DNA of 64,000 nucleotides from Saccharopolyspora gloriosae (GTDB lineage Bacteria; Actinomycetota; Actinomycetes; Mycobacteriales; Pseudonocardiaceae): NCBI RefSeq assembly GCF_022828475.1, contig NZ_CP059557.1, positions 2,463,470 to 2,527,469 of the forward strand, read 5' to 3'. Shown piece by piece: positions 57,304 to 64,000 of this stretch (position 1 is its first letter; each line of letters starts with the position of its first letter). The notes under the pieces were generated by a model. It saw only the letters and a program-made list of their open reading frames with translations, ran no database searches and was not told where the DNA came from. The position numbers and the translations under genes were made by a program.

Positions 57304-57773
57304 TCCTCTTCCCTTCGTTGCGGTGGTATCCGATCGCGGCGGTGAGGGGGCCGAAGGGTTCGTGCAGCGCCGGTTTCCTCGTGGCGCCCGCGGCGATCGA
57401 GTGCATGTCCGAAATGGACGACGTCAGGTCGTTCCGGTGAGCACCCGAAGCCCCTCGCCTGATCCCAGCTCGGGGTCAACGGTGAGATGTGGGTGCCGGA
57501 TCGTCGTCGGTCATGGCGACGAGGTTAGGGGACGCTCACCGCTCGCGAGAGGGGTTGCACTGGGTTCCATCCGCCCGGCCGAACTGCGGCAACTGCCCGG
57601 CCGGGAGGTCGTTGCGCGCATCGCCCGCATCGGCGTCGAGTCCGGCACCGGCCGGGCGCTAACGCTCGGCGCGTCGAACGAGCTCCCGGCGGTTGTTCAA
57701 CAATCGCCGTCCGGCCGCACTTCGTCGGCTTCCTCGCCCTGGCCCTGACCTGCTCGAGCAAGGCGCGAACGCT

Positions 57774-59272
57774 TCACGCCGGGCTGGGCGAAGGCGCCGT
57801 GGACCGCAGCGTTCGGACCGCACGACGCAGGAGCTTCCCGGTCGGTCCCTTCGGCAGCTCATCGGTGATCCAGACATGCCGCGGATACTTGTACGGGGCG
57901 ACGCGCTCCTTCACGAAATCGCGGATCTCCTCCGCGGTCGCCGTCGCACCGGGCTTGAGCGCGACCGCGGCGGCCACGTCTTCACCGAGATCCGGGTGCG
58001 GCACCCCGACCACCGCCGTCTCCGCCACGGCCGGGTGCTCGTAGATGACCTCTTCGATCTCCCGCGGGTAGACGTTGTAGCCACCGCGAATGATCATGTC
58101 CTTCTTGCGGTCGACGATGGTGAAATAGCCGTCCTCATCGCAGACCGCGAGGTCACCGGTGCGCAGCCAGCCGTCGACGATGGTCTCCGCGGTGGCCTCC
58201 GGAAGATCCCAGTAGCCCTTCATCACGTTCGGACCCTTGATCACGATCTCGCCGACCTCGCCGGTCGGGACGCCACGTCCTCCGTCGTCGATCACGCGCA
58301 GCGAGACGTCCCGCACGGGCACGCCGATCGTGCCGGGCTTGCGTTCGATGCGGGGGTGGTTGAAGCACGCCACCGGGGAGCTCTCGGACAGGCCGTAGCC
58401 CTCGAGGATCACGCAGTCGAAGGTCTCCTCGAAGGAGCGCAGCAGCTCGACGGGCATCGGCGCTCCACCGCAGATGCAGGCGCGGATGGTGGTGAGGTCT
58501 GCGTCGCCGGTGGCGTGCAGCATCGCGGAGTACATCGTCGGCACTCCCTCGAAGACCGTGACGCCATCGCGCTCGATCACCTCGAGAGCCTTCGCTCCGT
58601 CGAAGCGCGGGATCAACGTCAGGCAGGAGCCTGCCTGGACCGATGCGGTCAGGCCGCAGGTGAGTCCGAAGACGTGGAAGAGCGGCAGGCAGCCCATCAC
58701 CACGTCGTCGGGGCCGATCTCGATGAGCGTCTCGCGGGTCACCGCCGCATTGCCGTCGAGGTTCGCGTGGGTCAGTTCGGCGCCCTTCGGCTTCCCCGTC
58801 GTCCCGGAGGTGTAGAGGATCACCGCGGTGTCGTCGGAGGCCCGCTCGACGAGCACCGTTGTGTCGGACGGCGTCGTATCCGCCCGTAGGGGTCCACGAC
58901 GACCACGGTCGCGCCGGTCGCAGCGGCTCCGGCTCGTGCCTCTGCGGCCCCCTCCGGCGCTGCGAACAGGAACCGCGCCCCCGAGTCCGCCAGGTAGTAC
59001 TCGATCTCCCCGGATTTGAGCAGGGGATTCATCGGCACGACGACGCCGCCGGCGAGCAGGCTGCCGAAGAAGTGCACGGGATGGGCGGGCACGTTCGGCA
59101 GGATCATCCCCACCCGGTCACCGGGCTCGAGTCCGTTCGAGGTCAACCATCGCGCCACCCCGGCGGCCTCGGCCTGGAGCCGGTCGTAGGTCAGCACGGT
59201 GTCGTCGAGTCGGACGGCCTTGCGGTCGCCGTGCGTGCGCGCCGTGTCGAGCAGGCGGCGGGCGAGGTTCAT
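57774..59272 (-). pseudogene. AMP-dependent acyl-CoA synthetase/ligase with apparent frameshift
   Basis: N-terminal ~130 aa (MNLARRLLDTARTHGDRKAVRLDD...) in one frame, remainder (…[17 protein letters not shown]…GWLRTGD…PTGKLLRR) in another; frames switch near 58885-58895 (GGGG/CCCC run). Possibly sequencing error. Confidence 0.7.
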
Positions 59273-59447
59273 GATGGCCTGCTTCCTGTAGTAGGGACCG
59301 AGTCGGCTACCACTATCCCGTCGCCCACCTGTCGAATCACCAGGACGACCTACAGTCGCGACCGCACGGATTTGTGACCGGACGATAATCGGGCGGTACC
59401 GTGCCGCGAATGGAAGCTGCACGCTGGTCGACCGAATCATTGATCGT

Positions 59448-60749
59448 GTGATGGTGGACCTGGATACGACCGTCGAGCGCTCGGTGGCTCGCACCTGGGA
59501 CGAGGTTCCCGCTTATCCGGCCAGTCGGGACGAGAGCCTGCGCCCGGACCTGCGCGCCCACACGAGGGCGGTCTTCGACGCCGTCCTGGCCACGATGCGG
59601 GCCGGGCGACGAGCCGGCCGCGACGACTTCCGCAGCTCCGTCGACCATGCCCGGCACCGGGTTCGGCAAGGGGTCGCGCTGGCCGACTTCATGCAGGGTT
59701 TCCGGATCGGCCAGGAGACCTTGTGGGAAGCCATCGTGGCCGCCGCCAAGGTGGATGCCGAGACCCGGCTGGCGGCGCTCGACCTGGCGATTCACGTGAT
59801 GAACGTGATCGAGGTGGGCAGCTCGGTGGCGGCGGAGACCTACATGATCGCCCAGCAGATGGAGCTGGCCGATGACGACCTGCTCCGCCGGGACCTGATG
59901 GAAGACCTGCTCGCCGCACGGGAACTCACCTCCGGCCCGAAGGCGGAGCTGGCCGCGGCGTCCGGGTTGGCCGACGCGTCGTCGATCGTGGTGGTCGTCG
60001 CCGTGCCCACCGTTGCGCTCCGCGCCGACCAGAGCCTGCGCGAAGTGGTCTCGGCGGTGCGCACTTCGATCGGCACCGGTCAGCAGGGGATCGCGGTGCT
60101 GCGGCAGGACCACGTCGTCGGGATCACCCCGGTGCACGACGAGGGCACCGAACTCGCCAAGGGACTCGAGCGCGCACACCACAGCCTGAGCAGGCGCGGC
60201 ATCCACCTCGGTGTCGGGGTGAGCACCGTCCACAGTGGTCTCCATGGTGTTCCCGCCGCGCGCCGCGAGGCGGTGCTGGCCAGGAAGAGCCTGGCAGGCG
60301 AGCCGGGTGTGCGGCCGCTGACGGAACTGTCCCCGCTGGACTACCTGGTGTTGCTCGACGACCCCACCGCGCAGCGGCTGATCACGCCGTTGACGCGGTC
60401 GTTCATCGAGGACGACCTGAGGCAGGCGGGCGCGCTGATCGAGACGATTCGGCTCTACGCCGCGTGCGACCTCAACGCGAAGGCCGCCGCCGAACGGCTG
60501 CACGTGCACGTGAACACGGTGTACTACCGCTTGGAGCGGATCTCCGAACGCACCGGCTGCGACCTGCGCAGCTTCGCCGACTTCCAGAACCTGCTCGTCG
60601 CCGCGCGGTTGCTGGCCCGGCCGACTAGCGACCGGGGCCAGGCCCCCGGGGCAACCGCGCCCGCCGGTGAGATCACGCAGGCGGCGGGAGGACCAGCGCG
60701 TAACCGCGTTTCGACCAGTCGCTGTCCTTGGCCTGCTGGATCGTCTTGA
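59448..60749 (+). CDS. PucR/CdaR family transcriptional regulator
   Basis: 433 aa; C-terminal PucR HTH (AAERLHVHVNTVYYRLERISERTG); 3' end overlaps convergent ALDH gene so true stop may be earlier. Confidence 0.7.
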   Translation: MMVDLDTTVERSVARTWDEVPAYPASRDESLRPDLRAHTRAVFDAVLATMRAGRRAGRDDFRSSVDHARHRVRQGVALADFMQGFRIGQETLWEAIVAAAKVDAETRLAALDLAIHVMNVIEVGSSVAAETYMIAQQMELADDDLLRRDLMEDLLAARELTSGPKAELAAASGLADASSIVVVVAVPTVALRADQSLREVVSAVRTSIGTGQQGIAVLRQDHVVGITPVHDEGTELAKGLERAHHSLSRRGIHLGVGVSTVHSGLHGVPAARREAVLARKSLAGEPGVRPLTELSPLDYLVLLDDPTAQRLITPLTRSFIEDDLRQAGALIETIRLYAACDLNAKAAAERLHVHVNTVYYRLERISERTGCDLRSFADFQNLLVAARLLARPTSDRGQAPGATAPAGEITQAAGGPARNRVSTSRCPWPAGSS

Positions 60750-62181
60750 CCTGCGTGTACTCGGCGAGCGCGTCGGGGCCGAGTTCACGACCGATGCCGC
60801 TCTGCTTGTAGCCGCCGAACGGGTTCATCGGGAACCCGGCATGCCAGTCGTTGACCCACACCGTGCCCGCTTCGAGCTGATCGGCGACGCGAACAGCACG
60901 CTCGGGGGAGCCCCACACGCCCGCGGAGAGGCCGTACTCGCTGTCGTTGGCGATGCGCACCGCTTCCGCGTCATCGGAGTACCCGATCACCACCAGGACC
61001 GGCCCGAAGACCTCCTCGCGGGCGATGCGCATGTCGTTGGTGACGTCGGTGTAAATGATCGGCGGTACCCACGCGCCGCGGTGGAACGGGGCCTCGTCGG
61101 GAAGCGTGCCGCGGTAGGCGACGGTGGCCCCCTCCGCGGCGGCGATCTCGACGTAACGCTCGACGCGCTTCTTCTGGTCGTGGGAGGCGACCGGCCCCAT
61201 GTCGGTGTTCATGTCGAGCGGGTCGCCGATGCGCACGTCCTGCACGCGGCGGACCAGCCGCGCGACGATCTCCTCCTTGCGCGACTCGGGAACCAGCAAC
61301 CGCGTGCCCGATTCGCAGACCTGACCGGAGTACATCAGGAACGCGAAGATCGACCCGTCGATGGCGAGGTCCAGGTCGGCGTCGTCGAGCAGGATGTTGG
61401 GTCCCTTTCCGCCCAGCTCCAGCGTGACCTTCTTGAGGTTGTCCGCCGCCTTCCGCTGGACGACCTTGCCCACCTCGGTGGAACCGGTGAAGCCGATCTT
61501 CCGGACGTCCGGGTGCCCCGCGAGCCGGTCGCCGACGGTCTCGCCGGGGCCGGTGATCACGTTGAGCACGCCCTTCGGCAGCCCCGCCTCCTCCGCCGAC
61601 TTCGCCAGTTCCAACAGCGTCAACGGGGTGTTCTCGTCGCACTTGAGCACGAAGGTGTTGCCCGCGGCCAACGCGGGGCCGAGCTTCCACCCCGCGAGCA
61701 CGAGCGGGAAGTTGAACGGCACGATCCCGGCGCAGACGCCGATCGGTTCGCGGCGGATCACCGAACGGGAATCCTCGGTTTCCGGGGACATCGGGTTGAG
61801 CTGCTCCGGTTCGAAGCCCCGCGCCATCGACGCGAAGACCCGGAGGTTGGCGATGCCCAGACCGATGTGGAACGCGCCCGCGGTGCGCACGGTGACGCCG
61901 TTCTCGCCGCTGGCCAGCCTGTTGAGCAGGTCGACCTTGTCCTCCATGCTGTCGGCGATCCGGTCGAGGACGTCGGCGCGCTGCTCCGGTGTCATGCGGC
62001 GCCACGTGCCGTCTTCGTGGGCGGCCTTGGCGGCGGCGACCGCGGCGTCCGCGTGCTCCACGCCGCCGAAGGCGACACGGGCGGTGACCTCGTCGGTAGC
62101 CGGCGAGGTGATGTCGTATGTCTCCGGGGCATCGACCCAGACGCCGTCGATGAACATCCGGTAGGTCGGTGCTTCGGTCAT
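60673..62181 (-). CDS. aldehyde dehydrogenase family protein
   Basis: 502 aa; catalytic Cys region (FAFLMYSGQVCESGTRLLV), Glu motif ELGGKGP, NAD-binding GFTGSTEVG. Confidence 0.9.
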   Translation of the reverse strand: MTEAPTYRMFIDGVWVDAPETYDITSPATDEVTARVAFGGVEHADAAVAAAKAAHEDGTWRRMTPEQRADVLDRIADSMEDKVDLLNRLASGENGVTVRTAGAFHIGLGIANLRVFASMARGFEPEQLNPMSPETEDSRSVIRREPIGVCAGIVPFNFPLVLAGWKLGPALAAGNTFVLKCDENTPLTLLELAKSAEEAGLPKGVLNVITGPGETVGDRLAGHPDVRKIGFTGSTEVGKVVQRKAADNLKKVTLELGGKGPNILLDDADLDLAIDGSIFAFLMYSGQVCESGTRLLVPESRKEEIVARLVRRVQDVRIGDPLDMNTDMGPVASHDQKKRVERYVEIAAAEGATVAYRGTLPDEAPFHRGAWVPPIIYTDVTNDMRIAREEVFGPVLVVIGYSDDAEAVRIANDSEYGLSAGVWGSPERAVRVADQLEAGTVWVNDWHAGFPMNPFGGYKQSGIGRELGPDALAEYTQVKTIQQAKDSDWSKRGYALVLPPPA

Positions 62182-62233
62182 GCTGATCTCCTGATCCGTG
62201 CCCTGGTCGGTTGTTGTGGTGCTCTCGCTGAAA

Positions 62234-63802
62234 TCAGTTGCCTGCGGCCTGTTTGGCGAGGTCGGCCGCCTTCTCGCCGATCATGATCGTGGGGGCGTTG
62301 GTGTTGCCGCGGACGACGGTCGGCATCACCGAGGCGTCGGCGACGCGCAGCCCTTCGATGCCGATGACCTTCAGCTCGTTGTCGACGACGTGGCCGATGC
62401 CGCAGCTCGAGGTGGGGTGGTAGAGGGTCTGACCGACGCGGCGGGCGAACGCGAGGAGCTCTTCGTCGGACGATCCCTCGGGGACCACGTGATCGCCGGT
62501 GATGACCTCCTTCATCGGCGCTTGCTCCGCGATCCGCAGGGCGGTGCGGAGCCCGGCGAGGATGGACGCGCGGTCCTGTTCGGTGGACAGGTAGTTGTGC
62601 TTGATCCGCGGCGCCGCCTCGGGTTCCGGCGAGCGGAGGGTGAGGGTGCCGGTGCTGGTCGGCTTCAGCACGCACGGGCCGGCGGCGAGGCCCTGGGCGG
62701 TCTGCGCGCCGAGCCCCTCCTCCGCGAAGAAGCACGGCGTGGAGTGGAACTGCACGTCCGGCCCGGCCAGGCCCTCGCGGGTCTCGAAGAAGCCGCCCGC
62801 CTCGCCGATGTTGGACGTCAGCGGCCCGCGTCCCTCGGACTGCAGCAGCTGAGCGTTCTCCGGGCTCGCCGCCGTCATCAGCGTCTCGAGGTCGGTGAGG
62901 TAGTTCAGCATCACCATGTAGTGGTCCTGCAACCGCTCGCCGACGGGAAGGTCCGCGAGCAGCGGAATCCCGAACGCCTCGAGCTGTGCGGCCGGGCCGA
63001 CACCCGAGAGCAGCAGCAGTTGTGCCGAACCGTAGGTGCCCGCGCTGAGGATCACTTCCCGTTCCGCGTGCAACTCCTCGACCTGCCCGTCGCGGCTGAC
63101 CTCCACCCCGACGGCCCGGTTCCCCGCGAAGAGCACCTTGCGGCTGAGCGTCCCGGTGATCACGGTCAGGTTGGACCGCTCCATGGCCGGGTGCAGGTAC
63201 GCGACCGCCGTGCTGCACCGCATGCCGTCGCGTTGGGTGACCTGGAAGCGACCGACTCCGAGCTGGTCGGCGCCGTTGAAATCCTCGTTGTGCGTGAAGC
63301 CGGCTTCGACGGCCGCGTCGACCCAGGCGTCGCAGAGAGGGTTCATCGACCTGCTCTCGGTCACGCTGAGGGGGCCGTCGGCACCGTGGAACTCGTCCCC
63401 GCCGCGCGCGTTGCTCTCGGCCTTCTTGAAGTACGGGAGGACCTCGTCGTAGCTCCAGCCGGTGGCTCCATCGGCCGCCCACTGGTCGTAGTCGGCGCGG
63501 TTGCCGCGGATGTAGATCATCGCGTTCATCGAGCTGGAGCCGCCGAGCATTCTGCCGCGCGGGAGGTAAGCCCGGCGCCCGTTGAGTTCCGGTTCCGGCT
63601 CGGTGTCCAGGTCCCAGTCCCACTGGCTCTTGAACAGCGAGCTGAACGCCGCGGGAATGTGGATCTCGTCGGCCGTGTCCGCCGCTCCGGCTTCGACCAG
63701 AGCCACGGTGACGGCAGGGTCTTCCGTCAGTCGGGCGGCCAACGCGCACCCCGCCGAGCCCGCTCCGACGATGACGTAGTCGTACATAGCGTCCTCACTC
63801 AC
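62234..63802 (-). CDS. GMC family oxidoreductase (choline dehydrogenase-like)
   Basis: 522 aa; N-terminal FAD motif YDYVIVGAGSAGCALAARL, GMC signature regions, C-terminal active-site His region. Confidence 0.9.
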   Translation of the reverse strand: MSEDAMYDYVIVGAGSAGCALAARLTEDPAVTVALVEAGAADTADEIHIPAAFSSLFKSQWDWDLDTEPEPELNGRRAYLPRGRMLGGSSSMNAMIYIRGNRADYDQWAADGATGWSYDEVLPYFKKAESNARGGDEFHGADGPLSVTESRSMNPLCDAWVDAAVEAGFTHNEDFNGADQLGVGRFQVTQRDGMRCSTAVAYLHPAMERSNLTVITGTLSRKVLFAGNRAVGVEVSRDGQVEELHAEREVILSAGTYGSAQLLLLSGVGPAAQLEAFGIPLLADLPVGERLQDHYMVMLNYLTDLETLMTAASPENAQLLQSEGRGPLTSNIGEAGGFFETREGLAGPDVQFHSTPCFFAEEGLGAQTAQGLAAGPCVLKPTSTGTLTLRSPEPEAAPRIKHNYLSTEQDRASILAGLRTALRIAEQAPMKEVITGDHVVPEGSSDEELLAFARRVGQTLYHPTSSCGIGHVVDNELKVIGIEGLRVADASVMPTVVRGNTNAPTIMIGEKAADLAKQAAGN

Positions 63803-64000
63803 TCCGTTGTGGTCGATCCGCTCGGATGAGTGTGACTACGGGCACAGCATCCGACTTTGGGTGAGGATCCAGAGTTGAACCGGCGACGCTGTAGTCAGGC
63901 CACAAGAGGGCGGCTCACTCCGGGTGTGCCGGAGACCGATCGTCCGGGGAACGCGGTCGAGCCCATGGGCGAGCCGACCGGGCCGGAGCGGCAAGGTGCT

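Noticed and set aside
1-64000. CRISPR arrays, rRNA or tRNA genes, insertion sequences/transposases, integrases
   Set aside because: No regularly spaced direct repeats, no rRNA/tRNA-like conserved stretches and no transposase/integrase-like ORFs were recognised anywhere in the window.

Overview
Overview: this window is about 70% GC and gene-dense, with actinomycete-type codon usage; from gene content I would guess a Pseudonocardiaceae-like chromosome (inference, not checked). I call about 54 protein-coding genes and no rRNA, tRNA or CRISPR arrays.

Ordinary regions:
- 0.1-13 kb carries metabolic and regulatory genes. These are a sulfonate/taurine-scavenging locus (ABC transporter, TauD-family dioxygenase, LLM-class flavin monooxygenase), a DedA membrane protein, a PadR regulator with a membrane partner, and a TetR regulator next to a three-subunit xanthine-dehydrogenase-family molybdoenzyme.
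- 13.9-17 kb is a lower-GC patch: an XRE-like regulator, a PLP enzyme and a secreted Lipase_2-type lipase.
- 18.3-22.7 kb is a GntR-regulated ADP-ribosylglycohydrolase / PfkB kinase / NCS1 permease operon, similar to E. coli yegUV. It is preceded by a C-terminal remnant of an AGCS-type symporter.
- 46.5-63.8 kb is again ordinary: flavin monooxygenase, ACC deaminase, an OmpR/histidine-kinase pair, PAP2, MFS, Zn-ADH, SorC, cystathionine-gamma-synthase-like, acyl-CoA synthetase, PucR, aldehyde dehydrogenase and GMC oxidoreductase.

Mosaic region, about 22.9-46.3 kb (the interesting part), conflict/defense-like:
- an EACC1-like N-terminal domain fused to a phytase-like beta-propeller-type domain (22.9-24.1 kb);
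- an SF1 helicase with a C-terminal DUF2726 nuclease-like domain (26.1-28.9 kb);
- a tightly overlapping five- to six-gene operon at 29.9-36.7 kb: zinc-ribbon protein, SPFH/flotillin, PP2C phosphatase, Ser/Thr kinase, vWA protein (a TerY-P-like triad with extra members) and a repeat-containing hypothetical. Direct copies of a ~100-nt repeat element sit upstream of the helicase (25.8 kb) and downstream of the vWA gene (35.7 kb);
- an ECF sigma factor with a membrane-anchored Hsp70-like protein;
- a cluster of NarL-type two-component parts: one intact kinase, one LuxR regulator and two degenerate kinase-like proteins;
- a divergent pair of TIR-domain genes: a short STAND/NB-ARC-like NTPase fused to TIR, and TIR-TIR-GUN4.

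Other notes:
- The ~100-nt repeat has a third copy at 4.4 kb.
- Two genes (a sensor kinase and an acyl-CoA synthetase) carry apparent single-base frameshifts in homopolymer runs.
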